64,000 bases of DNA from Candidatus Latescibacterota bacterium. Its GTDB lineage: Bacteria; Krumholzibacteriota; Krumholzibacteriia; WVZY01; JAKEHA01. The stretch covers positions 160,001 through 224,000 of the forward strand of contig OY970173.1 of assembly GCA_963707635.1 (NCBI GenBank), written 5' to 3'. This document shows, piece after piece, positions 1 through 9,396 of this stretch (position 1 is the first letter of the stretch; every line of letters starts with the position of its first letter). Made by a program: the position numbers and the translations under genes. Under the pieces are notes generated by a model. The model did no database searches. It had not been told where the DNA came from and saw nothing but the letters and a program-made list of their open reading frames with translations.

Positions 1-1209
1 CGGGAGCGCCACGATGAAAGCGACATCAGATCCGGATCCCAGGCGGGTGATCATGTCATCCAACTCGAGGCCCACGGCCACCAGTGGCGGCGATCCTCCC
101 ACCAGGCCCGGCACCGCAGCAGCGACGGCCCCGGCCTCGGCGGATCGCAACGGGTCCATCGCCGCCACCGCCACCAGACGCTCGGCCAGATCGCGCGCGG
201 TGGCATCGTGCAGATCGAATACGATCCGACGCGGACCCCGTGCGTGAAACGCGCGGGGGTTCATGTCCCACTCCTCGAAACAGTCCCCGGGGGGGGCCCA
301 CCACGCCGGCATCTCTGCGGCCCGCGCCTCCGCCCGCACCGCATCCCTCGCCAGCGCCTCCGTGAAGGAGGTTGGCAGCGCTGCCATGCTACGCCCCTCG
401 CGAAGCGCTTGAACGCGAGACGGGGCCAACAGCGCATAGGTTCTATTCCACATGAGCGGGGTGGTCGTAAAGCGCAGCTCTCCGGCCGCGTACTCGATCA
501 GCTCCGGGTCGCCTGTGATCACGAGATCCACGTCCTTCGCCAGCATGTCGCGAACGTCCCTCTTGTCGACCATCACCAGGTGAATCGTGGGGTCGTTCGC
601 CCCGAAAGCCGGTCGGAAAAGAAGGTCTCCACGCGTAATATCGTTGTCGTCAGTTCGGTACGGTCCTGTGCCGACGGACAAGATGAAGGGGTTGACCATC
701 TTCCCCACCGCAAAGTTTGGAGACGCGAAGATGCGTGCGTCCCGCAACGGCCGTGCGAACCGCACTTCCAGCGTCCGATCGTCGAGGGCAACCAGCGATT
801 CGAACTGTAGCCCGGAAAAGCGCCAGCCTTGCGCCACGTCCGCTGCCGTCACGGACTCTCCGTCCCAGAAGCGCACGTCGGGTCGAAGTCGAAATGTCCA
901 CTGCCGGCCATTGCCAGCCCACGATTCCGCAAGGCCGGGCCGCAGCTCGTTCGAACAGTCGATCGTCAGAAGGGTCTGATACATGAGATCGAACAACAGC
1001 CGTTCCGCTACATTCCGAGCCAGCGGAACGTTGATGGTGATCGAATCGGTCACGACGACCGTGATCGTGTCTTCGGGTGCCGACGAGCCCTTCACGACCT
1101 CGCAGGGGTCGCCGGACCCTTCGTGGACCGAACGAATCGTCGGGCCGCAACCCGCCCAGACGGCGAGCAGGATGGCGCCGGCGGCGCCGGCCAGCCGATG
1201 TGGACTCAT
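1..1209 (-). CDS. ABC transporter substrate-binding lipoprotein (family 5-like), 3' end outside window
   Basis: Read by hand; absent from the ORF track because it runs off the edge. MSPHRLAGAAGAILLAVWAGC lipobox, then family-5 hallmarks LRPGLAESW..WTFRLRPDVRFWDG..VTAADV and GTGPY; frame open to position 1. Confidence 0.75.
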   Translation of the reverse strand, partial: MSPHRLAGAAGAILLAVWAGCGPTIRSVHEGSGDPCEVVKGSSAPEDTITVVVTDSITINVPLARNVAERLLFDLMYQTLLTIDCSNELRPGLAESWAGNGRQWTFRLRPDVRFWDGESVTAADVAQGWRFSGLQFESLVALDDRTLEVRFARPLRDARIFASPNFAVGKMVNPFILSVGTGPYRTDDNDITRGDLLFRPAFGANDPTIHLVMVDKRDVRDMLAKDVDLVITGDPELIEYAAGELRFTTTPLMWNRTYALLAPSRVQALREGRSMAALPTSFTEALARDAVRAEARAAEMPAWWAPPGDCFEEWDMNPRAFHARGPRRIVFDLHDATARDLAERLVAVAAMDPLRSAEAGAVAAAVPGLVGGSPPLVAVGLELDDMITRLGSGSDVAFIVALP

Positions 1210-1301
1210 GTCGCAACGAGGAATCGGGGGCGTGGCATCGTCCGAAATGAACGATTCGGGTGGTGCCCCTGTCAACGTGGAAGATGGCCGGAGGGAGGAC
1301 G

Positions 1302-1976
1302 CTACCGCGTTTCACCCCGCGACGCCGAGGTGTACTGCTCCTGCATCTTGCGCGTGGCCTCGCCGATCTGCTCCTCCGTCGCCCTGCTCCCGGTGGCCGC
1401 CGCCACGCGCCGCACTTCATCGCGCGTGACCCCGCCCCGGCTTTGGCGCCAGTTCATCTCCTTCGCGTACGCGGCTTCGAACTTCGCGGCGAAGTTGCCC
1501 GCATTCCATTGCTCGAGCGTCCCATGCGGCCGGCGCCGCATGACGAGGTCGACCATCTGGGCGATGGTGAGACCCGGGTCGAAGATCTTCTCGTGACCCG
1601 CCGGCTGGTCGAGCTCCTGGCCCGCCGGGGCGGTCGTGACCGTGAGGCTGCGGTCGTCGTCGGTCTTGGAAATCATATCGACGAAGGACTTGACCAGCGG
1701 GTGGCTGTAGACGACGGCGCACAGCGACTGCCCGGGGTGCGCGAATGCGGTGAGCACGACACCGCGCATCGGTTCGACGCGATAGGTGCCGATCGAGCGG
1801 AAGCCGCACGCCTCCAGCGCGGGTACGCGGGGCGCGAGGTCGCGCGCGTGCGCGGCGCTCGCGCGAACGGCAACAAGGCGAATGCGGGCCGGCGGGGTCC
1901 ACACCCGGACGACGCGCGGCAGAATGAACCGGACCACGAGAAACAGAATTCCCGCCATGAGCCATGCAATCTTCAT
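1302..1976 (-). CDS. hypothetical protein with N-terminal membrane anchor
   Basis: 224 aa ORF, GAGGAGG SD upstream, hydrophobic N-terminus. Confidence 0.7.
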   Translation of the reverse strand: MKIAWLMAGILFLVVRFILPRVVRVWTPPARIRLVAVRASAAHARDLAPRVPALEACGFRSIGTYRVEPMRGVVLTAFAHPGQSLCAVVYSHPLVKSFVDMISKTDDDRSLTVTTAPAGQELDQPAGHEKIFDPGLTIAQMVDLVMRRRPHGTLEQWNAGNFAAKFEAAYAKEMNWRQSRGGVTRDEVRRVAAATGSRATEEQIGEATRKMQEQYTSASRGETR

Positions 1977-2012
1977 CGCGAACCCTCCTCGAGCTGGCGC
2001 TTCATCCCGGTG

Positions 2013-2028
2013 AGCACCTCACATGCCA
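2013..2028 (-). promoter_or_regulatory. putative sigma54 (-24/-12) promoter
   Basis: Minus strand TGGCATGTGAGGTGCT, GG-N10-GC spacing, about 35 nt upstream of the 1976 start. Confidence 0.4.
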
Positions 2029-2217
2029 TTCGCGACGCCGGGGAGGGCGCGGGAAACAACCGGGAGTCATGGAGAGGAACCGGGAACAAGGCGTCCCGGC
2101 GCGGAATTTTTGGGTCGAGACTCGTCCGGCGGAGTGCTACCATTATATAGCTCAATCAGGCATCTCGCGCCCGGGGCCGGCCCCGGGCGAACCGGCTAAC
2201 CGCATCCTGGTGGACTC

Positions 2218-2427
2218 ATGCAACGACTGCCGGGCCTCCTGCTCCTGATCGCGATCGCGTCCGTGCTGGTCTCGGGCTACAGCCGCCCCGTCCACACCGA
2301 CGTGTCCCGCCACTCTCACGGCCATGTGTTCGACGTGTTCGGGTTCGAGACCCGGGAACAGGTCGCCGCGCTCGGTGCTTCCGCGGCCGGCGTTTCTCTC
2401 CAGCCGGCGGCAGACCCCGCGTCCTAG
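2218..2427 (+). CDS. small secreted hypothetical protein
   Basis: 69 aa, signal-peptide-like N-terminus, HSHGH motif; TGnTACCAT -10 near 2135-2143. Confidence 0.45.
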   Translation: MQRLPGLLLLIAIASVLVSGYSRPVHTDVSRHSHGHVFDVFGFETREQVAALGASAAGVSLQPAADPAS

Positions 2428-2518
2428 CTCGCGCCTCGGACGTGCCCGCGCTTCCGCCGCGGAGTTGAATCCCCGGCGGCGGCACGCTATCATCTCGCTC
2501 TTCCCGGAGGTCAGGCTT

Positions 2519-4159
2519 GTGCGTTCCATGATCACGGTGCTCGTTGCTGTTTTCTTGTGGCTGTCGCATGCCCCAGCTCGCGCCGACGACGCCGCAACCA
2601 CCATCCCGCTCCGCGCCGATCTGGCGGTCTACCATCGAGCGGTCACCACGTCGTCCGCCGAGGCGCAGCGCTACTTCGACCAGGGGCTGGTTCTCTATTA
2701 CGGCTTCAATCATGACGCCGCGATCGCGTCGTTCGCGCGCGCGGCCCAGCTCGATACCACCTGCGCGATGGCGTGGTGGGGACAGGCGATTTCGGCCGGC
2801 CCCCACATCAACAACCCGCTGATGGACGAGGCGGCGGCCGAGCGGGCGTGGCGCGCCACCGAGCGCGCGCTCGCGCTGGCCGGCGGCGCATCGCCGGTCG
2901 AACAGGAACTGATTCGCGCTGTCGCGGCGCGATATGCGTGGCCCAACCCCGCGGACCGGCACTCGCTCGACGTCGCCTACGCGGACCAGATGCGCAAGGT
3001 CTGGAAGGCGCACCCCGACGACGTCGACGTCGGCGCGCTGTTCGCGGACGCAATGATGAACCTTCGTCCGTGGGACCTGTGGTCGCCGGATGGTAAGCCG
3101 CGACCGGAGACTCCGGAGATCGAGAGCACGCTCGAGCGCCTGCTGGCGATGGTCCCCGACCACCCGATGGCGTGTCATCTCTACATCCACACCATGGAGG
3201 CGTCGCCGACCCCGGGCAAGGCGCTGCCGGCCGCCGACGTCCTGCGCGACCGCGTGCCCGGGGCGGGTCACCTCGTGCACATGCCCGCGCACATCGATAT
3301 CCGTCTCGGGCACTACCGCGAGGCGGTCCTCGCCAACCAGAAGGGCGCCGAGGTCGACAAGACCTGGGCCTACCAGGGCGGCTTCTATACCATCTACCGC
3401 GCGCACAACTATCATTTCCTCGCGTATGCGGCGATGTTCGACGGGCAGAAGGAGGTGGCGATGAAAGCGGCGCGCGACATGCTCGAACAGATTCCGCTCG
3501 AGTTGGCGCGCGCGATGCCCGACTTCGTCGATGGATTTCTCGCCATACCGACCCACGTCATGGTCCGCTTCGGCATGTGGAACGAGATGCTCGCGGAACC
3601 CAAACCGCCCGCGGATCTCTACGTCACCGTCGCCTTCTGGCACTACGGGCGAACCGTGGCGCTCGCCGCGCTCGGACGCCTCGACGAGGCGGCGGCGGAG
3701 TTCGGCGCGTTCCAGAAGGCCTTCGCCGCGGTGCCGGAGACCCGTTTGATTGGAAACAACCCGGCGCGCACCGTGCTCGAGGTGGGGCTCCCGATGGCGG
3801 AGGGTGAGCTCGAATACCGGCGCGGCCATTTCGACCACGCCTTCGAGCTGTTGCGCCTGGCGGTGTCGCGCGATGTGGCGCTTCGCTACGACGAACCCTG
3901 GGGATGGATGATGCCGGTGAGGCATTCGCTGGGGGCGCTGCTCACCGAACAGAAGCGATACGAGGAAGCGGAAGCCGTCTACCGCGCCGACCTCGAGCTG
4001 CACCCCGAAAACGGGTGGGCGCTCTACGGTCTCGCCGAGTGCCTGCGCCTCGACGGCCACGCCGACGAAGCGAAGGCCGTCGACGCGCGCTTCAAGAGCG
4101 CGTGGGCCCGCTCCGATGTGTCGATCCGGGCGTCGTGCTACTGCAGCAAGGGAAAGTGA
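2519..4159 (+). CDS. secreted tetratricopeptide-repeat protein
   Basis: GGAGG SD before GTG 2519; signal peptide; TPR-like helices (AQRYFDQGL..., EAEAVYRADL..HPENGWAL); HLYIH, HLVHMPAH, C-terminal CYC. Confidence 0.8.
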   Translation: MRSMITVLVAVFLWLSHAPARADDAATTIPLRADLAVYHRAVTTSSAEAQRYFDQGLVLYYGFNHDAAIASFARAAQLDTTCAMAWWGQAISAGPHINNPLMDEAAAERAWRATERALALAGGASPVEQELIRAVAARYAWPNPADRHSLDVAYADQMRKVWKAHPDDVDVGALFADAMMNLRPWDLWSPDGKPRPETPEIESTLERLLAMVPDHPMACHLYIHTMEASPTPGKALPAADVLRDRVPGAGHLVHMPAHIDIRLGHYREAVLANQKGAEVDKTWAYQGGFYTIYRAHNYHFLAYAAMFDGQKEVAMKAARDMLEQIPLELARAMPDFVDGFLAIPTHVMVRFGMWNEMLAEPKPPADLYVTVAFWHYGRTVALAALGRLDEAAAEFGAFQKAFAAVPETRLIGNNPARTVLEVGLPMAEGELEYRRGHFDHAFELLRLAVSRDVALRYDEPWGWMMPVRHSLGALLTEQKRYEEAEAVYRADLELHPENGWALYGLAECLRLDGHADEAKAVDARFKSAWARSDVSIRASCYCSKGK

Positions 4160-4172
4160 CGGTGGGCGGAGT

Positions 4173-5924
4173 CTACTTGAGCAGCACCATCTTCCGGGCC
4201 TGCTCTGCGCCGCCGGCTTCGAGGCGATAGAGGTACACGCCCGAGGCCAGCGGTGCCCCGAGGCTGTTGCGCGCGTTCCACGTGACCGACTTCCGTCCGC
4301 GCGATTGCGTCTCGTCCACCAGCCTCGCGACCACCGCCCCGCTCACGTCGAAGACGGTGAGACGCACATGCGCGCGCGCGGGTATCTCATATTCGATGGT
4401 CGTAGTCGGGTTGAAGGGATTCGGGTAGGCGGGATGGAGCACGATCCCGTCCGCGTGCGGGGTGTCGCCGACGCCGGTCGGAGCGATCGACGACGCCGCC
4501 GCGGTCGCGTTGATGATCCCATACCCATAGAGCCGATCCGGGGCGCCGGCCTGGCTCGCCGTCGTCCGCAGCGCGTCCATGATCTGCTGGTTCGTCGCAT
4601 GCGGTTTCGCCTCCATGATGAGCGCGGCCGCGCCCGCGGTCAGTGGACATGAGAACGATGTGCCGTTCAGGTTGGTATATGTGGCGGGGTTGGACGAGCT
4701 GGCCAGGCGCACGGCGGACCCCATCGCCGTCACGTCCGGCTTGATACGGCCGTCCGCGGAGGGGCCGACCGAGCTGAAGCTGGATCGAACTCCGGACGCG
4801 TCCACCGCGCCGACGGCGAGCACGCTGTCGCCGTCGGCAGGGGCGCCCAGCGTGTTGGCCGGGAGCGCCACGTTTCCGCCGTTGCCGGCGGAATTCACCA
4901 CCAGGATCCCGCGGCTCGCGGCGATGTCGGCGCCGACGGTGACGATGGCGGTGTTCCCGTTCATGTCGCTCCAGGCATAGTCGACTCCGACATCGAAGCT
5001 GGTATATCCCAGCGAGCTCGAAATGATGTCCGCCCCGATGCTGTCCGCCCACTCGGCAGCGGCCACCCACCAGTCTTCCTCGCTGTGAAGCTCCGAAACC
5101 GTGTTCTCCGTCTTGGCGAGGATGTAGGTGGCGCCGTAGGCGGGACCGATGAGGCTGCCCGGCGCGTAGCCGCCGATCGCGCTCAAGGTCCACGTGCCGT
5201 GACTGCCGACCCCCATGCCGCCGTCGGATACGAGGCTGTCGCCGTTGACGAAGTCATGGGTGATCAGGATATCGATATTCTGGAACACCACGTGCGCGAG
5301 GTTGTTGACGCCGGCGTCGAGCATGGCGATCCACACGCCGGCTCCGCTGTAGCCCTGGTCGTGCAGCGTGGGAACGTTCATCAGGTTGTTCTGCGTGAAC
5401 GAAAGGCCATAGTCGAGCGACGCCGTGGATCGCGGCTGCTCCGGACCCAGCGGTACCGGCGCCTCGATCGGCTCCGGAAGCGGCTCCGTGCCCACCCGCA
5501 CCACATCCATCCCCCGCACGAACGGGAGCTCGGCGATGGTCTCCACCGTGCGAGCATCGGTGTCGATCGAGACCGCGTTGAGCCAGCGCGACGTGCTCCG
5601 GATCCGAAGCCCCTGGCGGCGGACGGCGTCCACGTAGCGCGGGTTGACCGGGATGTCGTACGCGTCCACGAGGCGCGAGAGCCCGCGATTGCGGGCTCGC
5701 CGGGCGCGGGCGTGGGGCGTGAGGTTCGCTTCGACGTCGGCCAGTGCGGGCGAAGACCCCTTGTCATTAAAGAAGACCCAGCTGGCCACCCGGCCCGAGT
5801 CGCCGACGCGGCTGACGGCGGCCTGCAGCGCCGGTGAGACTTTCCGGGGCGCGGGCGCGCCGTCGGAAACGGGCGCCGCGAAGACGATGATCGCGGATAA
5901 CACGAGAGGGGTGAGATGCTTCAT
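4173..5924 (-). CDS. S8 subtilisin-family serine peptidase with T9SS/FlgD-like C-terminal domain
   Basis: Triad MLDAG / HGT / GTSFSCP, oxyanion NSAGN; C-terminus YPNPFNP..ASGVYLYRL..RKMVLLK. Confidence 0.92.
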   Translation of the reverse strand: MKHLTPLVLSAIIVFAAPVSDGAPAPRKVSPALQAAVSRVGDSGRVASWVFFNDKGSSPALADVEANLTPHARARRARNRGLSRLVDAYDIPVNPRYVDAVRRQGLRIRSTSRWLNAVSIDTDARTVETIAELPFVRGMDVVRVGTEPLPEPIEAPVPLGPEQPRSTASLDYGLSFTQNNLMNVPTLHDQGYSGAGVWIAMLDAGVNNLAHVVFQNIDILITHDFVNGDSLVSDGGMGVGSHGTWTLSAIGGYAPGSLIGPAYGATYILAKTENTVSELHSEEDWWVAAAEWADSIGADIISSSLGYTSFDVGVDYAWSDMNGNTAIVTVGADIAASRGILVVNSAGNGGNVALPANTLGAPADGDSVLAVGAVDASGVRSSFSSVGPSADGRIKPDVTAMGSAVRLASSSNPATYTNLNGTSFSCPLTAGAAALIMEAKPHATNQQIMDALRTTASQAGAPDRLYGYGIINATAAASSIAPTGVGDTPHADGIVLHPAYPNPFNPTTTIEYEIPARAHVRLTVFDVSGAVVARLVDETQSRGRKSVTWNARNSLGAPLASGVYLYRLEAGGAEQARKMVLLK

Positions 5925-5976
5925 ACGCACAGATGTTTGGGGTCGGAAGCGCTACCAGTATAGCAAAATATAACGT

Positions 5977-7089
5977 CTACATCGTCCCCGTCCAGATATC
6001 TCCGTCGGAATCTCCGAGGCACATGTGCCACGGCTCGTGGGTGCGAAGCCAGTCGGCGGGTATCACGTCGCGCCAGCCGGCGATCACCCAGGCATTGCGC
6101 GTCCGGCTTGCAAAGAAACCCAGCGCGCGCAACGCCCCCGCTGCCCACGCCTGGGTCGTCAGCACGGCCACGGAGTCTATGCCCTGCGCGGCGGCATCGA
6201 GCATGACGCGCGCCGCCAGCAGCTGGAGGGTCGGCGCGTCTCCCTTCTCCACCAGGAAGTCCACGATCACCGCCCGCGCCTCGCCCGCACCCGCGGGCGC
6301 GGGCCTCCACACCACGTACCCGGTGGGACGGCCGTCGCGCGACGCCGCGAGCGCGCGGTAATCGAGCGTGGGATGGTCCACGTACTTCCAGTTGAGATAC
6401 TCCGCATCGCGGACGCGGGTCATGGAATAGCTTCGCGCCAGCGTCATCCGGTCCGGGTCTAGAGCGGCGTCGAAGCGATCGACCGTTTGCAGCGAGGCGC
6501 CGTCGCGTTCCACGCGGCGGCGCGCGTGGGTCAGCGCCAGCGCGCGCGTCACCCCGAAACCGACCCGCGACACACGGCCCTTGAGCGACGAGAATCCCCG
6601 GCGCTGGGAAAACGCCGCGGGGTCGAGCACGGTGGTGTACGTGGTGAGGCGGCTGACGTCGTTGAAACCGGACGCCAGGTGGATCTTATGACACGACTCG
6701 GTCATCCACATGCCGCCGGGGAAGAAGCCTCCCAGACTTATCGCGTTCTCGACCAGGACGGTGCCGAGCCCTTTGCCGAGCGTGCGGTGCCCCGCGAGCG
6801 CGTAGGCGGGATCGACGAAGAGATCGTGGGTATAGCGCACCGGCACGCGCTCGCCTTTCACCAGGAAATCCGCGGGCATGTAGCCCAGTGTGCCGGCCAC
6901 GCGGTCGCCGTCGAGAACCAGGTGGCGAAGCGGAGCACGGTCGCGCCCGGGCATGCGTTCGTGGAAGGAAGCGAGCACCGGCTGGCGTCGCGCGGCGGCC
7001 GCGACCCCCAGCACCTTCTCGGTCAGCCGGATGAGGGCCGTTTCGTGCCGGGTCCGATCGTAGGGGACGACGACGAGTGACTTGCTCAT
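5977..7089 (-). CDS. GNAT-family N-acetyltransferase (tandem GNAT folds)
   Basis: Starts MSKSLVV at ATGA overlap with the deacetylase stop; DLFVDPAY..GKGLG motif A, RDAEYLNWKY, GDSD tail. Confidence 0.75.
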   Translation of the reverse strand: MSKSLVVVPYDRTRHETALIRLTEKVLGVAAAARRQPVLASFHERMPGRDRAPLRHLVLDGDRVAGTLGYMPADFLVKGERVPVRYTHDLFVDPAYALAGHRTLGKGLGTVLVENAISLGGFFPGGMWMTESCHKIHLASGFNDVSRLTTYTTVLDPAAFSQRRGFSSLKGRVSRVGFGVTRALALTHARRRVERDGASLQTVDRFDAALDPDRMTLARSYSMTRVRDAEYLNWKYVDHPTLDYRALAASRDGRPTGYVVWRPAPAGAGEARAVIVDFLVEKGDAPTLQLLAARVMLDAAAQGIDSVAVLTTQAWAAGALRALGFFASRTRNAWVIAGWRDVIPADWLRTHEPWHMCLGDSDGDIWTGTM

Positions 7090-8177
7090 GACGCGTGCCC
7101 GGACCGCATGCGCTGCCGCACCGCGCGCAGAGCGCTGGGAAAGCCACTCACTTCGGAAGCGAACTCTTCTATCGTGACCTGGTTGTGCGTCAGCGTGCAG
7201 CGCGGAATCTCGAAACACCCGTCGGCGCGCGCGACCCGCCGCTTGATGGTGGTGACCGCGGACCGATATCCAGCTTCCTTCACCGCCCGGTGCGTCTCGG
7301 GGTTGAAGTCTCCCGGGCCGCCGTTGGGGTACGCGAAATCCAGGCACGGGCGTCCGGTGGCCGCCTCGATACGCCGCTTCGACTCCTCCAGCTCGCGCTT
7401 CGCCTCCCGCGGCTCCAGCCGCGAAACGATGGGATGGCTGCACGTATGCGAGCCGACCTCGATGCCTGCTTCCGGGAGTTTCTTCAACTCGGACGGATCG
7501 AGCGGACGCTGGCCGTCCCAGGCGCCGGGCAGGCGCGACTCCTCGACGCCGAGCCGGTCGATCACGCGCTCCACCAGCGCCAGACGTTCCGACTGCGGGA
7601 GGGCCTTGCACACCGCGCGCAACCGCCGGTTCGCGGCGATCTTGTGCGCATCGTCGCGGAGGTCGAGGACGTGGGACGCGTTGTCCCACTCGACGTCGAT
7701 TCCGGCGCGGGGGGTAAGCGCCAACGCGCTCAAGAGCCGGTCGGGCCAGAGCATTTTTCGGTCGAAGACGAAGTCCGTGGCGACAAACAGCGTGGCGGGA
7801 AGATTGAGCCTCTGGAGCACCGGCGCCGCAGTCGTGAGCACGTTGCGAAACCCGTCGTCGAAGGTGACCACCACCGCGCGCTCCAGCGGCGCGCTTCCGC
7901 CCTCGAGCCACTCCACGACGCGTGCCAGCGGGACCGCCCGGTAGCGCGAGGCCACGTGTTCCATCAGCCGCGCGAAGACCGGGAGCTCCAGGTGCATTCC
8001 CTCGTAGTTGCAGATGTTGCGCGGGGGCGTGGCGGTGACCCCGTGGAACGTGAGAACGATGGGTCGATTCCGGTTGAGGAACGCAAACAGGCGGTGGATG
8101 CCGAGCGCCCCCGATGTCGAGAAGATGGCCTGCCGCAAACGGGTCTCCAAACCAACACCCGCGGGGCGCACACGCAC
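7086..8177 (-). CDS. polysaccharide deacetylase (NodB/CE4 family)
   Basis: TFDDG, GSHTCSH, FAYPNG motifs. Confidence 0.9.
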   Translation of the reverse strand: MRVRPAGVGLETRLRQAIFSTSGALGIHRLFAFLNRNRPIVLTFHGVTATPPRNICNYEGMHLELPVFARLMEHVASRYRAVPLARVVEWLEGGSAPLERAVVVTFDDGFRNVLTTAAPVLQRLNLPATLFVATDFVFDRKMLWPDRLLSALALTPRAGIDVEWDNASHVLDLRDDAHKIAANRRLRAVCKALPQSERLALVERVIDRLGVEESRLPGAWDGQRPLDPSELKKLPEAGIEVGSHTCSHPIVSRLEPREAKRELEESKRRIEAATGRPCLDFAYPNGGPGDFNPETHRAVKEAGYRSAVTTIKRRVARADGCFEIPRCTLTHNQVTIEEFASEVSGFPSALRAVRQRMRSGHAS

Positions 8178-8207
8178 CGGCGCGCGGGATCTTGTTCGAT
8201 GAGAGCT

Positions 8208-8238
8208 ATTAGAACACAGGCGCGAGCTGTGTTACAAT
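8208..8238. promoter_or_regulatory. inverted repeat forming back-to-back extended -10 promoters
   Basis: AACACAG-N7-CTGTGTT; TGtTACAAT on + and TGtTCTAAT on -. Confidence 0.5.
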
Positions 8239-8270
8239 GTTGATTCTTCAAGCACTTAGCTTGTCCCACC

Positions 8271-9383
8271 ATGAAGATCTGCATTATCTCGCTGAACCTC
8301 GCGGCCTACTTCGACACCTCCCCGCGTTCGCGCTACGGTGGCGCCGAGGTGCAGGCCGCGTTCGTGGCGAACGCGCTCGCGAGCGCCGGGCAGGACGTCG
8401 CCCTGGTCGTCGCCGATCTGCTTCCCGACATCACGATTCCCTACCCCACCGTGAGTGCGTTTGGAACGCGCGAAGGGCTGCCGGGGCTCCGCTTCTTTCA
8501 TCCGCGCATGTCAGGGATTTTCGACGCGCTCGAGCGCGTCGACGCCGACGTCTACTACCAGCGCAACGCGGGCATGGTCACGGGGCTCACTGCCCATTTC
8601 TGCCGCCGGCGCGGCAAGGTGTTCGTCTACGGTGCCGGCAGCGACACCGACTTTTCTTTTCGGCGCGTGTTGATCGAGGGGCTGCGGGATCGCGTGCTCT
8701 TTCAATACGGGCTGCGGCACGCGGACGGCGTGATCGTGCAAAACGAGTCCCAGCTCGGCATGAGCCGTGGTGTCGTAGCCGCGCCGGTGCAGATGATTCC
8801 AAACGGCGCGCTGCCCGCCACCCACGCGGTCACCGGCCGCAACGGCGCCATCGTGTGGGCCGGCGGCGTTCGGGCCGTGAAGCGCCCCGACCTCTTCATC
8901 GAGTTGGCACGCCGGATTCCCGAGCGTGAATTCGTGATCGTCGGCGGGGGACTTCCGAGCGAGAGAGACTACGCCGCCGGGATCGAGCGCACCGCGGCCG
9001 GCGTTTCCAACCTGACTCTCACGGGGTGGCTGCCCCACCCGGAGGTCATCAGGCACATCGCACGAGCCTCGCTGGTCGTGAATACGTCCGTGGTGGAGGG
9101 GTTCCCCAACGTCTACCTGGAGGCGTGGAATCACGGGGTGCCGGTGATCTCGTTCAACGACGTCGACGGGTTGATCGAGCGCGAGCACCTTGGCATCGTG
9201 TGCGCGGACGTCGGCCAGATGGAGGCGAGCATTCGTTCGCTGCTCGGCGATGGAGACCGGCTGCGCGCGATGCAGGAAAACGCGCGGCGCATGGTGGAAG
9301 CGCGGTTCTCGCCCGCCGTGCTGGGCCCGCGCTACGTCGAGTTCTTCGAGCAACTGATGCGAAAACGCATCGGCGGGAACTAG
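8271..9383 (+). CDS. glycosyltransferase family 4
   Basis: YGGAE N-terminal motif, K..P..F, EGFPNVYLEAW (E-X7-E). Confidence 0.9.
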   Translation: MKICIISLNLAAYFDTSPRSRYGGAEVQAAFVANALASAGQDVALVVADLLPDITIPYPTVSAFGTREGLPGLRFFHPRMSGIFDALERVDADVYYQRNAGMVTGLTAHFCRRRGKVFVYGAGSDTDFSFRRVLIEGLRDRVLFQYGLRHADGVIVQNESQLGMSRGVVAAPVQMIPNGALPATHAVTGRNGAIVWAGGVRAVKRPDLFIELARRIPEREFVIVGGGLPSERDYAAGIERTAAGVSNLTLTGWLPHPEVIRHIARASLVVNTSVVEGFPNVYLEAWNHGVPVISFNDVDGLIEREHLGIVCADVGQMEASIRSLLGDGDRLRAMQENARRMVEARFSPAVLGPRYVEFFEQLMRKRIGGN

Positions 9384-9396
9384 AAGCCCCGGCGGG

